Source: Candidatus Poribacteria bacterium (GTDB taxonomy: Bacteria; Poribacteria; WGA-4E; PCPOR2b). From it: 64,000 bases of DNA. The notes below the pieces were generated by a model. That model saw only the letters and a program-made list of their open reading frames with translations, ran no database searches and was not told the DNA's origin. Position numbers and translations under genes: made by a program. Every line of letters starts with the position of its first letter. The first letter of the stretch is position 1. Positions 47,882 to 58,487 of the stretch are shown one piece after another. The stretch spans positions 2,208,001-2,272,000 of the forward strand of contig OZ244587.1 of assembly GCA_965218095.1 (NCBI GenBank), read 5' to 3'.

Positions 47882-49657
47882 ATGAACCTCAAAACAACAC
47901 TTATTATTCTTGCTGTGTTTGTCTTACTCGCGGGGACATATTTTCTTTTCTGGCAACCAGCCCCCGATGCAGAAAAGTTGAAGGCAGACCAGCAGAAGAT
48001 TCGCGAGGTTTACGCGCTCGATAAAGAGGGCATCCGGCAGATTCGCTTGTCATTCAATGACGAATCCTATCAACCCCTGACATTGGCGAAAAGCACGGAC
48101 GGTATGTGGCAGTTGACACATCCGCTTGCCGCCGATGCTGACCAATCCAGAATCGACGAAATGCTGCGATACCTGCTGGAAAAGAAGGTCAAGCAGACTC
48201 TTGAAGCGACAGATCTGGCACAATACGGACTCCAACCGCCCAATATCCAAATTGAGTTGTGGATGGAGGGAAAAAGTCCAGCAAAAACCTTCCTGATCGG
48301 CAATAAAACCGTCAACTATTCCGTCTACACGAAGGAGAAGTCTGAGCCACATATCTTTCTCATCGAATCGAGTGCGCTTGATGATTTCACCAAATCCCCT
48401 TCAGATCTGCGTGCCCGAAACGTCTTTAAATTTTCACCGGATGCGGCTGCAGAGATCTCAATCCAAGTTTCCAGTCAGGCAGACGTTCACTGCCGCAAGC
48501 AGGATGAGGGTCAATGGGAGATGATTGAGCCGGTGAGGGCGAAAGCGGATGCTGGGGAAATCGAGGGCATTCTGTCTGCGCTCAATGCACTGAAGGTCAC
48601 TGTCTTTGAAGCAGATGGACAGATCGAGTTCGCCGGGTATGGGCTTGATAAACCGAGAGTTTTTGTAAGCCTCCAACTCATGGATAACAGCATGCAGGAA
48701 TTGGTGATAGGCAGCGAAACTGGCACAACCGGACGGGTTTACGTCAAACGTCCAAAGATCCCTTCAGTCTACTCCGTCAATAAAGAAATTTATGCGCAAT
48801 TGAATAAAACCGTTTTTGATCTCCGCGATAAACATGTCATCGAGTTTCAGCGGACACAAGCGCGTCGGTTCGAGCTCCGTCAAGGGGATAGCAAAATTGT
48901 CTGTGAGAAAAACACGGATGGCGAATGGGAGCTCAAGGCGCCCGTTGCGCTGAAAGCAGATGGAACCGCAGTCGATGATCTCCTGTTTGGCGTGGATGCG
49001 TTAAAGGCGGTTGAGTTCGTCGATGATCATCCCGAGAGCCTTCAGCCTTACGGCTTAGATGCGCCTTCGATCCAGGTTTCGTTCATCGCCCCCAATGCCG
49101 AGCCCGCCATCCTGCTTGTTGGAGAACTGAAAGGCGATAATGTCTATGTAAAATCCCAAAACGCTGAACCTGTCTTTTTGGTCAAGCAAGATCTCCTCGA
49201 CCTCGTTGGGATGGGAGTCGCAGGACTACGGGATAAACAGATTCTTGATTTCAACAGCGATGCAGCCGCTAAAATTGTTTTGAAGCATGGAGATGTCGAT
49301 CTGACTTGTCAAAAACAGGGGACGAATTGGCGACTCACACATCCTGTGCAAGAGGATGCGAAAAACGGAGCGGTCAACAGTATCATCTATCAGATTAACA
49401 AACTGATAGTCGAAAAGTTCTTAGCGAGGTCGCCCAACATAGCGACGACGGGGCTTGGTGCGCCGGCGATTCAGCTCACCGTCACGTTGAAAGATCGGGC
49501 AGAGCACACGTTACAAATCGGCAAGCTCGCTGACGACGAACATCACTATGGCCGCTTGCGTAGTTCACCGGATACGGTTTTCCTCATCAAGGTAGAAGTT
49601 GCTGAAAAACTCAAGAAGACAGTGGAGGATCTGCGGGAAACGGTAGACGGGGCGTGA
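47882..49657 (+). CDS. DUF4340 domain-containing protein (repeated domains)
   Basis: N-terminal TM; repeated W.L..P...AD / YGL..P / LR motifs. Confidence 0.8.
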   Translation: MNLKTTLIILAVFVLLAGTYFLFWQPAPDAEKLKADQQKIREVYALDKEGIRQIRLSFNDESYQPLTLAKSTDGMWQLTHPLAADADQSRIDEMLRYLLEKKVKQTLEATDLAQYGLQPPNIQIELWMEGKSPAKTFLIGNKTVNYSVYTKEKSEPHIFLIESSALDDFTKSPSDLRARNVFKFSPDAAAEISIQVSSQADVHCRKQDEGQWEMIEPVRAKADAGEIEGILSALNALKVTVFEADGQIEFAGYGLDKPRVFVSLQLMDNSMQELVIGSETGTTGRVYVKRPKIPSVYSVNKEIYAQLNKTVFDLRDKHVIEFQRTQARRFELRQGDSKIVCEKNTDGEWELKAPVALKADGTAVDDLLFGVDALKAVEFVDDHPESLQPYGLDAPSIQVSFIAPNAEPAILLVGELKGDNVYVKSQNAEPVFLVKQDLLDLVGMGVAGLRDKQILDFNSDAAAKIVLKHGDVDLTCQKQGTNWRLTHPVQEDAKNGAVNSIIYQINKLIVEKFLARSPNIATTGLGAPAIQLTVTLKDRAEHTLQIGKLADDEHHYGRLRSSPDTVFLIKVEVAEKLKKTVEDLRETVDGA

Positions 49658-49787
49658 ATTGATTTCGGATTGCGGTCCTGGCTTCACCGAGGATTTCACT
49701 TCGTGGAAATTGCGGATTGTTTATCGGTATGATGCAGGCGTCGAATCCTTCCAGAACCCTTTGCGGAACTGCATAAGTCTTAAATAA

Positions 49788-49827
49788 AAAGGGGTAGAGA
49801 TGGCGACTAACCATCCCTACCCCTTTG
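49788..49827. terminator. Bidirectional hairpin terminator between the DUF4340 gene and tRNA-Leu
   Basis: AAAGGGGTAGAGATGG-loop-CCATCCCTACCCCTTT. Confidence 0.7.
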
Positions 49828-49881
49828 TTATATGTTGGAAGATAAGGAGAAAAGGAATTGAAAGGGAAGAAAAGCTATGTA

Positions 49882-49964
<83 letters not shown>

Positions 49965-49985
49965 GTCTTACCCATCAACGGTAAA

Positions 49986-50015
49986 ATTATACCAAGCGAT
50001 AAATGGAGTTGTCAA
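49986..50015 (-). promoter_or_regulatory. Sigma70 promoter for tRNA-Leu
   Basis: TTGACA-N18-TATAAT. Confidence 0.75.
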
Positions 50016-50209
50016 GAATATATTGTAGCATGGCACTGCCCACAAGATGTACCGTGCCGATCTGGCGGACGACGCCCTATACCGCCTGCTCGGAGGCAGA
50101 GAGACACAGACGCTGACCCGTAGAGACTCCTAGCGAACCTCAAACTTTTTCTCCCTTTATTTTCGGTCGGCAAGCTCGCCTTCATAGATGTGAACACAAT
50201 GCGGCTACT

Positions 50210-51187
50210 CGTCAAAGGAAAGTTCGGCGGGCGGATTCAGATTCAAGATTTCGATGACCCGACGGATTGGAATGCCGTGCCTGATGTTGTCGTCACGACC
50301 GACAATGGTGCATGACTTGAGCAGCGAGTTGATGATCGATTCTTCGGTCGCTTCAATCACAGCGCGGAAGAATTGAGTAAGCGCGCCTTCGTCATGAAAC
50401 GTCCGACGCTCAACTTCTGCTCCTCGCGCAGAGGCGTCAATGTGGTTCGTCGAAAACGCAATGACGAAATCGCCGCTGCTGTGCGCCGCAATCGCTCCGG
50501 TTCAGGCAAGTCCAAACGCGGCGCGTTTTGAAATACGGGTGAGTTGTCGATGGGAGAGGGGAGCATCCGCCCCAACGATAATCATACCATTTTAACCACA
50601 CGCGAAGCTGTCCCAATCCCCCCTTTCCAGCCAAAACCGCTCATGCCCACGCTGGCGCCAACCGCGCCTTCCTCGACATTTGTGTGACTGGCAATCTTTA
50701 GCGCCTCGAATATATGCTCCCGCCGAACATGCCGTCCCAAAATATCGTTAAGAAAGCTGTCATTGCATTCGCCGACAATGGGGTTAAACGAGTAGACGTT
50801 TGGGTTTTGCGCCGAGACATAGACCACAAGGGCGTCGGCAGCGATCCAGGCGTTGAGGGTGTTCGTCAGGAGGATGGGGGTCTCAATATTACCCAATTCA
50901 AGTAGTTGCGCCAAACCAATCGATTTGCCGAAGGCGTTGATGATATGCGCTGTTGCTGTGACTTTTTCACGAAAGATATTGCTGCCGTGCGGTAAGATGG
51001 CTGTAACGCCCGTGCGAATTGGCCCTTTACCGGATTCGAGTTTTCCTTCACCTGAAATGAGCGTGACGTGGCCCACTTTGACGCCAGGGACATCGGTCAT
51101 CGCGTTGCGTTTGCCGGTCGGCAGATGACCGATTTGAATACCGATTTCGCGGGCGCGAGGTCGATTGGGTTTAACAGATGTTTGCAT
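50210..51187 (-). pseudogene. DmpA-like L-aminopeptidase/D-esterase (peptidase P1/S58), disrupted
   Basis: NAMTDVPGVKVGH, RTGVTAI, ECNDSFLND, KGGIGTASR. An internal deletion/frameshift removes the G|S autoprocessing site; resumes IIVGADAPLSHRQL.R..KRAAFGLA*TG..HSSGDF.IAFST with TGA at 50502-50504. Confidence 0.85.
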
Positions 51188-52350
51188 CAGGGAGATCTTC
51201 CTTTTACGCAAGGGTTCTTATGTTGCGCCATGTCCGCGATGTACCGTTCCCTGCCGTATACCTCCTTCTTGTATAGCCAACGTGACCTGACGGGATACAT
51301 CGCAAGGCTTCGGTCCTGTAGAGGCAACTTAACGGGGGAATGGTTTTGGCGATGCGACTCCCGTAACGCGATGCATATCTCCAGCGACTTGCGCAGGTCG
51401 TCCCCGCTGCACCTGGGCACCACGCCCGTTTCCAACGAGTCAACGACCCACTGCACGGTGGCTATCAGGCGTTTGCCGGAGGTCAGCCAGCCTTCCTCAT
51501 CACGGTATCTTTCATCGACGTCGGGAAACAGACCTTCGACCTCCTTGTAATCAGCCATGAACCGTCCCGTGGTGCCTGCTTTCACTTTCCACAGGTGGAA
51601 GGCCAGCCAGTCGGCAGCGAATTTCCCGCGGCTCCCCGCCACCTCGATTCCTCCTTTGGTGGTGTTGTTGTGGCTGAAGCACTCGATGCCGTTTTTGAAC
51701 CGGATGTAGCCGCCAATCCGTTTGAACCCTACGTCACCTTCCACCTCACTGAAGGCGTCTCCCTCCACATCGCTGAACGGGTTTCCCGACACCCAGCCAA
51801 CGACCCAGTCCGGGTCAGCATCTCGCGCAAACATGCGTACCACACTCATGGAGTGGCAGCCTCCCTGGCCGTTCCCATCGTACAGGTCTATGCTTTGAAC
51901 CTCCCCAATTTCGCCAGCCTCAATCAGCTTTCGTGCGTCCTGAAGCTGCGGCATATTCCGGTAAGTATGTCCTCCGAAGAAGTAGATTCCCCGAGAGCGA
52001 CACACTTCAACCATCCGGTCGGCATCCTCCAGGCTGGCGCAAAGCGGCTTCTCACAGAAGATGGCTTTGACCTCTGCTCGCGCTGAGGCAACGACAGCAT
52101 CAGGATTTACGCTGACCGGGAGGATAGGCGCGGCGATATCGATTCGCTCTTTTCCGAGCATCTCCTCGTAGCTGCTGTAGCCCGGCACATTGAACCGCTT
52201 GCAGAACAATTCCAGATTTTCGGGGTCCGTATCGGCTCCAGCCACAACCTTACAGAAAGGGTTGAGGTTGTAAGCGCGTGCATGGTGTGTTCCCTGCCTT
52301 CCGCAGCCGATAACGCCTACCCGGTATTTCGCCTTTGTGGATTCGGCCAT
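51187..52350 (-). CDS. Gfo/Idh/MocA family oxidoreductase
   Basis: VGVIGCG, AIFCEKP, GEIGEV. Confidence 0.9.
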   Translation of the reverse strand: MAESTKAKYRVGVIGCGRQGTHHARAYNLNPFCKVVAGADTDPENLELFCKRFNVPGYSSYEEMLGKERIDIAAPILPVSVNPDAVVASARAEVKAIFCEKPLCASLEDADRMVEVCRSRGIYFFGGHTYRNMPQLQDARKLIEAGEIGEVQSIDLYDGNGQGGCHSMSVVRMFARDADPDWVVGWVSGNPFSDVEGDAFSEVEGDVGFKRIGGYIRFKNGIECFSHNNTTKGGIEVAGSRGKFAADWLAFHLWKVKAGTTGRFMADYKEVEGLFPDVDERYRDEEGWLTSGKRLIATVQWVVDSLETGVVPRCSGDDLRKSLEICIALRESHRQNHSPVKLPLQDRSLAMYPVRSRWLYKKEVYGRERYIADMAQHKNPCVKGRSP

Positions 52351-52414
52351 ATTTGTTTCTCCTCAAGAATTCCTGTTTGTGAACAGCCTGTCGAGGCAGT
52401 TACCCGGTTGAAAA

Positions 52415-53605
52415 TTACTTAAAACTCATTAGGGATCGCAAAGCCGTACCGATAAACCCTAACTGTTCCTCGCGCAGCAGCCCATAGTTGTAGAATGTCG
52501 CTCCTGCTGCGCCTGCGTCTGCGACAGCCTTCAACTGTTCTGCCAGGGCGCCGGATTCAGTCAATCTGCCACCCCCAATCGGAATAAACACTTCGCCTCC
52601 CGGAGCGATTCGGCGGATAAGGTCTTTCACCTGTTCAGATGCCTTCTCGCCGGTTTCCGTGAGGGTGAAGCTCAGTCGATCTATACTTTTATTGATGACC
52701 GGATTCAAATCATTTCTCCGAGCAGTGGTCGCATCCGCCAGGTTCGCTTGAACCTTGGCTCCACCCTGGTGGATGACCTCGGCGACCTTGAGCCAAAGCG
52801 CCGTTGTGTGCCTCCGGCTGATCTCCAGGTACTGTTTTAGTTGGCCGCTAAAGGCTTCGGCTATCCACACCTCAGTGACTGGTGCCTCGTCTTCCTCGGT
52901 GGGCAATCGAGCAAGTCGAGGTCGCAGCCAGTCAACCACCTGCTGTTGAAAGCGTTCCCCATCCATCCCGCCCGCGTTGGCATTCGCTGCGGAAACGGGA
53001 TTAAAGCAGAGACTCAAGAGAAACTGACAACGTGGCGAGAGCCCCGCACGTCGTTTTGAAGGAGCGCAAAACCCACGCCGCATCAGTGATTCAACCCATA
53101 CCGTAGCTGGTTTATACCGCTCGATAACTTCAGTCGTCAAAGCCAGAAAATATTCTTGTACATCGGGCGGCACTGTACTGAGTTCCCCAACATAAGGATT
53201 TCCGAAGGCATCGTGTTTCGCGAATTCAGGATACTGTTCCGATAGGTAATCCTGAAATGTATACACCATCCATGCGGAAAACGTTAACCCACGCTTTTCA
53301 ATTGCCTCAACGATCCGATCAAAATACGCAGCGTCTGTCACCTCCTTGCTGACGTGGGGCCGTATGCGGGTATTCGCGTACCGGGAAAGATCGGGCGAGA
53401 AATAGATTGCTCCATTTTCCCCGAAGTAAATGGGGCGCCTGGGGTTGTGAGGCAAAAAGTAAGTTGAACGATGATAGCACGGTGTCAACAAGAGCTCCGG
53501 ACAACCTGTCAAATCGATGATTCGACTCAGCGCAGAATCCAGTCCTTCATCCATCAAATCCCACGGATAGGTATATAATGCACCGACAAATGGTTGATTC
53601 GGCAT
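52415..53605 (-). CDS. Hypothetical TIM-barrel, glycoside-hydrolase-like protein
   Basis: LYTYPWDL, YH...FLPHNP, C-terminal FYNYGL; GGAGG RBS. Confidence 0.6.
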   Translation of the reverse strand: MPNQPFVGALYTYPWDLMDEGLDSALSRIIDLTGCPELLLTPCYHRSTYFLPHNPRRPIYFGENGAIYFSPDLSRYANTRIRPHVSKEVTDAAYFDRIVEAIEKRGLTFSAWMVYTFQDYLSEQYPEFAKHDAFGNPYVGELSTVPPDVQEYFLALTTEVIERYKPATVWVESLMRRGFCAPSKRRAGLSPRCQFLLSLCFNPVSAANANAGGMDGERFQQQVVDWLRPRLARLPTEEDEAPVTEVWIAEAFSGQLKQYLEISRRHTTALWLKVAEVIHQGGAKVQANLADATTARRNDLNPVINKSIDRLSFTLTETGEKASEQVKDLIRRIAPGGEVFIPIGGGRLTESGALAEQLKAVADAGAAGATFYNYGLLREEQLGFIGTALRSLMSFK

Positions 53606-53625
53606 TTCAGGAACCTCCGCTTTTT

Positions 53626-55254
53626 TCACGCGTTATAGTTGACGTAGATTTCCACATGCTGAACCACGAGCGGAACCTTGAGCCGAGGGTTGCGCTCCAC
53701 CAAACACACCTGAATCTCATGTGGCCCCCAATCCCCCCCGATAAGATTGGGATTCAGAGCAACCTGCTCTGGCGAAAGTTCCCACACGAGCCAACTATTC
53801 TCGGACACGTCAGAGGGGTCGTTGGGGTCCTCGGCGGCGGCGTTGTAGGCGACTGGAGGACCGAGATCCTGCCCATCTAGCCCCACCACTACCTTGTCCG
53901 CGGGCGAAAAATGCGCGAATTCAATCTGCAGCACCACGCTTTCTAATCTGCCCCCTTTTGCCTCCTCGACGACGTTATCGTGGACGGGAACGTGGAACGT
54001 GGGACCATCTCCGCTGAGCGTACGGTAGAGCGTCACGGGCGTCTCGCCATAGATGCGGTCATCTCGCTCTGCATCGCCCCGCAAGCCTCCCTTTGATGCG
54101 ATGCTACGATGGACAGCGGCATAGATCTTGTTCCTTCCTTCCAGCGTCTTGGGCGCACCAATCGTGGTCAAGAGGGCGCGCCGCGTCTTATCATTCGCAT
54201 GCCAGTTAAAGACATAGATGCCGTCGGCACCGCGATCAAAATAACCCTTGGCGACAGCGCGAAACCATGCCTCCCGCCACGCGGAGACGGAAACCAGACG
54301 TTGTGCCTGCTGCCTCCCATCGCTGTCAAAACCGCCATACAACTTTATCCCGGTAGCCTTGAGCACCTCCGCAAACGCCTCCACCTCAATTCCGGGATCG
54401 GTGCCGGAGTTCCCCGCAGGAATGACGATATCACAAAGCCCCTCCTTCGCCCATGTCTCAACATCGTATCCAATTCGCCGACATGCCTCCATCGTCGTGC
54501 CGATTCGCACTGCTACATAGAAGGGTCTGCCGCGCGCTTGAGCGATTTCGTCTGTCATCTGTCGCACGGCACGCTGCAGGTCGGTGAGCACATAACGGAG
54601 TCGGTAAGCGTCATTTTCGGGGAGGTGGAAGGCGTGTCGCTGCCAGTCCAATTCCACCCCATCCCAGTCAGCCAATCTGCAAGCTTCGGTGATGTGCTGT
54701 AGTCGGTGCGCTCTGACTTCGGGAACTGCCATATTCCACGAGGTAGTGCACCAACCAGGGGCTTCATCCCCAAGGCACCATTCGGGGTGGGCTTTGCGCA
54801 TCTGCATCAGACCACCTCTGACCACCTTCGTCATTTCTTCAAGGTTCTGGATGTCCCAGAAGTGCTGATCGTTCATCCTGATGGAGGTGAAGACATCAAT
54901 CTCCATGTCATGCCCGCGCTGCACCATTGCCGCATAAGGGTTCTCGCCGCGCTCAAACATAGCGCGAATGTTCTCGGCATGCCGCATACCGTTCACCGAG
55001 TCGTACACCCGATTGACCGAGTCACCCACCACCTCCATCGTTTCTGAGGGCCATTCTGCTTCGTGGACGCCGATGCACCAAAAAAGCGCCCCTACTTGTG
55101 TGTCCTTTATCGGAGCGTAGACCTTTTCCAGAAACTGTTCCTCCGACTGCGGGTATTCCGAGTAGCCGAGTGGTGCGCCGTCCCAGTTGTAGATAATCTT
55201 GTAGGGGGGAGGCGACGCCCTTTTGACGTAAGATTTAATGGGATACTCTTTCAT
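53626..55254 (-). CDS. GHL10-like (family 10 glycosylhydrolase-like) protein
   Basis: IIYNWDG, SIRMND.H, HPEW, DWDGVELDWQRH, GADGIYVFN and a C-terminal beta domain. Confidence 0.75.
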   Translation of the reverse strand: MKEYPIKSYVKRASPPPYKIIYNWDGAPLGYSEYPQSEEQFLEKVYAPIKDTQVGALFWCIGVHEAEWPSETMEVVGDSVNRVYDSVNGMRHAENIRAMFERGENPYAAMVQRGHDMEIDVFTSIRMNDQHFWDIQNLEEMTKVVRGGLMQMRKAHPEWCLGDEAPGWCTTSWNMAVPEVRAHRLQHITEACRLADWDGVELDWQRHAFHLPENDAYRLRYVLTDLQRAVRQMTDEIAQARGRPFYVAVRIGTTMEACRRIGYDVETWAKEGLCDIVIPAGNSGTDPGIEVEAFAEVLKATGIKLYGGFDSDGRQQAQRLVSVSAWREAWFRAVAKGYFDRGADGIYVFNWHANDKTRRALLTTIGAPKTLEGRNKIYAAVHRSIASKGGLRGDAERDDRIYGETPVTLYRTLSGDGPTFHVPVHDNVVEEAKGGRLESVVLQIEFAHFSPADKVVVGLDGQDLGPPVAYNAAAEDPNDPSDVSENSWLVWELSPEQVALNPNLIGGDWGPHEIQVCLVERNPRLKVPLVVQHVEIYVNYNA

Positions 55255-55302
55255 TTGGATCGTCTCCTAATTTTTACGGTGTAGTTGAATTATAATCCAA
55301 AA

Positions 55303-55550
55303 TTACTCTTTTGCGCCATCCAAGCCTATCTCAGCAATAGAATTGGCATGAATCAGTTCTCACAACAATTGGTCTAACTCCTCAATAGATTCAATGGCTT
55401 GTACCTACCCATTGATAGTTTGGGGAAGTGTGCTAAATTTTCATTCAACAGGGATAGCAAGACTTCACGCCATGATCTCAATGCCTCTTCAGTGCATCCC
55501 TGTTCAATCCCCTTTCATTCCCAAGACGTGATGAATTCTATGACTGTCAT
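55303..55550 (-). pseudogene. DUF4351 / Rpn C-terminal-like remnant
   Basis: MTVIEFITSWE*KGIEQG..E...LL.LLNEKF.TLP...VQAIESIEELDQLL*ELIHANSI, with stops and a frameshift. Confidence 0.55.
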
Positions 55551-55673
55551 CTCCTCTCGTTAAATCAGGAGAAATTGGAAAAGGGAAAGTGATTGGTAAA
55601 ATACAAGCCCAAACACATAAGGAATGCATCAGAATACTTTCCACTTTCCATTTCCCACTTTTGGTGACAAGCG

Positions 55674-57245
55674 CTACCCTCCCGACGGTGCAATGCGTTC
55701 CACCTCAAGCCCCTCCGGGCGCACAAAGTCCTTGTAGCGCGTCTTTATCTCGACGCCGTTCACACTCCGGGTAAAACCCGCCGTCTTCGTAAACCGCTTG
55801 GATTCGATCTCCAGCGTGTTCTCGCCTCGTCTGAGGTCGTCCAGTTCCAGCTTGTATCGGAACCAGTGGGCAGACATCCCTAGCGGCGCCTGGATGTGCA
55901 TCGAACCAGCGAGTTTTACCTGGATGGTCAGAGCACGCTCGTCGGTGATTTCGGCGTTCTCCCAGGGCAGAACCCTACCATTGAAGCGGAACTCAATGTC
56001 GTCTTCAATGCAGAAAAAGGAAAACCGGATCGTGAGCATCGGTTTCCGCATCTCTCCATCTTTCTTCGCGCTTTCAATGTCATCGGCAACCCAGATGTTG
56101 AGAGTAGCGGTCTCTCCCTCCTCAAGAGCCAATGGCAACTGGCGCTCTGGGGTAGTTGTTGGTTTACCTTCTTCTCCTTCTCGCGGCTGGAGTATATAAC
56201 ACTTGTCACACCTGGCGTGGACTTCGGGATACGCCACTTCGCGCAAAATCTGGTACTCTCTGTCGCTGAAGGGCCAGGGTAGGTATCCGTGATACATGCC
56301 GGACCATCCATCCCAATGAAGCGTCTGCCCCAACGCATGGTACATTTCAATACTCGGCAGGCCGACCCGTTCATCGTACACGCGCCTCGGAGGACGGTAG
56401 TAAGCCGCGCCTCCGGCCGCGTTTGCTGCATCCGGCAACCATCGTGGCTTTGGTCCTATTTCGGTAAGTACATACTCGTCCTGTCCGACGACATAATCGA
56501 TGCTTCGCTCCTTGAGCCACGTCTCCACATCAAGTCCAATTGCCAGATTATACTCTTTGTTGAGACCGACACGCGCCATGATGGGAATTTCCTTTCCTTG
56601 CTGCTTCCCAATCTCGTTTGCCATCTGCCGGATCTCGGCGATGAAACGGTTCATCAACGGCGTGTTTTTTTCTATCTCAGCGCTTTTGAAGTAGAAACGA
56701 TCGAACATAAAGTCCAGTTCGAGTCCATCAGCCTCGTAGTCCTCCAACATCTCCCGGAGCACGGCGAGTTTGTCCTGTTGCACCAGCTCATGGGCGAAGT
56801 CGTAGCACCACTCCGCGCGACCTTCCTCGCCGATGCAAACCTCTGCACCGTGCTCCCACTTCAGCAGTCCGCAGCGCTCGCCCCCAGGTGGCGTACTGGC
56901 CTGCAGCTTCAGGGAAGGAAATACAGTAAGCCCCATTTCCCACCCCCGCTTAATGACTTCGCGCACCTGATCGGTGCCCAGCTTCTGGGCTTCTTCCACC
57001 ATGCGCATGATGCGCCAGTCGATGTAGTTATCCCAAACTTCCTTCATTTGCCCGACAACACGTCCGACCTTGCTATTGTGGAAATAGACGTCAGCGTATC
57101 CTAAACCCAGCACCAGGAGATCCACGCCGGTGCCGAGTACTTCATCGACGGGCCATTGGAGCATGTGGATAGAAGCAGGTGGTTCTATCCGTTTTGCATT
57201 GAAGTGATGGGCGTCGTTGTAATAGATCAGTCTTGGTTTCTTCAT
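55674..57245 (-). CDS. GHL10-like glycoside-hydrolase-like protein (paralog)
   Basis: RLIYYND, YDFAH..V, YEADGLELDF, GLDVETW, LRRGENTLEI. Confidence 0.72.
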   Translation of the reverse strand: MKKPRLIYYNDAHHFNAKRIEPPASIHMLQWPVDEVLGTGVDLLVLGLGYADVYFHNSKVGRVVGQMKEVWDNYIDWRIMRMVEEAQKLGTDQVREVIKRGWEMGLTVFPSLKLQASTPPGGERCGLLKWEHGAEVCIGEEGRAEWCYDFAHELVQQDKLAVLREMLEDYEADGLELDFMFDRFYFKSAEIEKNTPLMNRFIAEIRQMANEIGKQQGKEIPIMARVGLNKEYNLAIGLDVETWLKERSIDYVVGQDEYVLTEIGPKPRWLPDAANAAGGAAYYRPPRRVYDERVGLPSIEMYHALGQTLHWDGWSGMYHGYLPWPFSDREYQILREVAYPEVHARCDKCYILQPREGEEGKPTTTPERQLPLALEEGETATLNIWVADDIESAKKDGEMRKPMLTIRFSFFCIEDDIEFRFNGRVLPWENAEITDERALTIQVKLAGSMHIQAPLGMSAHWFRYKLELDDLRRGENTLEIESKRFTKTAGFTRSVNGVEIKTRYKDFVRPEGLEVERIAPSGG

Positions 57246-57309
57246 AGCAGTTATTCCTCTCGGTAAAATTGAATTGGTATTGTTAAGTACCTGTTAAGTT
57301 TTGGTAGCT

Positions 57310-57342
57310 TAGACCGACAGGTTTCCAAAACCTGTCGGTCTA
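57310..57342. repeat. REP-like palindrome
   Basis: TAGACCGACAGGTTT-CCA-AAACCTGTCGGTCTA. Confidence 0.65.
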
Positions 57343-57480
57343 GCGGTGGAGAATTTGTGTCCATGTACTTAGTTGACAGGAATTCTTGACTGCCAGAATC
57401 CCTTTCTGCATCTCCCTCCCTTCGAAATTTCAGGAGCGGACAGCAGACATTTTTCTCCTGCGAATCATGGAAGCAAAAAA

Positions 57481-58473
57481 TTAGCTTCGTCCCGCCCGTA
57501 CCTGCTTGATGAACCGCATGGCATTCCCCGAGAAGTGATCCTCGATTTCCTCCCGGGTCAACCCCAGCATATCTGCCACCTGCCGTTCCTGGCGTAACTG
57601 CTCGTAGATCACAAACGTCGGTGTCGGATCACAGTGAAGAAGCTCCGGAAACCCCCCGAAAAAATCCCAGGCTTGACCGTAGGTGATATACTTGCCACGC
57701 CCACACCCAGCAGCGATGTTATCCGACCCAAACATCACACGTTTGCGCTCTTCGTGTCTCATTAGCAGATAGTGCGAGTAGATGTCGTTCACCGCTGAAG
57801 TGTCGTACCAGATATTCGGCATCTCCTTGAGGGTGTGAATTGCTTCCTCCAGCGTGAACGCATTGAAGCCCCGGGCACAGTGGGCAAGCACCCACTGGGC
57901 TTTGGGGTACTGCTTGGTATAGTGATGGAGGTCTTTCAGGTTTTCAGGATCAGCCGGCCCAGTTCTTTTGGAGAGGTGCATCGTGATCGCTAGCCCTATG
58001 TCGTGCGCCACCTCAATGAAAGACTCCGGCAAGAAATCGCAGATGCGTGCATTGGCGGGATCTGGAGCGAAAGTCCGATAGGGCTTTAATCCAAAGAAGT
58101 CGTGCTTTTTGACTTGTGCGGCGACATAGTCAGGCGTCATATCCGGCGTGACCATCATGTTGACTTCCGATTGGGGATCTGCCGCCATCTGAGCTGCCAT
58201 CCAATCGTTGTGTCCCTCTGCATCCATGCCCGGAATCGGAGTTCCCAGAACGAGATAGTGCATCTCGCGACCCGGGTATAACTTTGCCGCCCACGCCAGG
58301 TGATCCTGGTAATCAATCTCCCAACGTATCGCGGTAGGAGGATCTGTCAGTGTTCCCTTATGCGCCTCTGACCAGATGTGGGTATGCATGTCGTAGATCA
58401 CTGCGGGTACGAAATCCTCCAGTTCCTTTTCCCAGATCTCACGGTCGAAATCTCTGTAATCAATAGTTCCCAT
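57481..58473 (-). CDS. Amidohydrolase family protein
   Basis: DMHTH, GLKPY, MHL, LAHCAR, WYDTS, FGSD, GNA. Confidence 0.85.
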   Translation of the reverse strand: MGTIDYRDFDREIWEKELEDFVPAVIYDMHTHIWSEAHKGTLTDPPTAIRWEIDYQDHLAWAAKLYPGREMHYLVLGTPIPGMDAEGHNDWMAAQMAADPQSEVNMMVTPDMTPDYVAAQVKKHDFFGLKPYRTFAPDPANARICDFLPESFIEVAHDIGLAITMHLSKRTGPADPENLKDLHHYTKQYPKAQWVLAHCARGFNAFTLEEAIHTLKEMPNIWYDTSAVNDIYSHYLLMRHEERKRVMFGSDNIAAGCGRGKYITYGQAWDFFGGFPELLHCDPTPTFVIYEQLRQERQVADMLGLTREEIEDHFSGNAMRFIKQVRAGRS

Positions 58474-58487
58474 AGGTTTCACCTCTG

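Noticed and set aside
50502-50504. TGA in the DmpA-like gene as Sec
   Set aside because: It corresponds to the conserved Arg in GLARTG, and the gene is also internally deleted.
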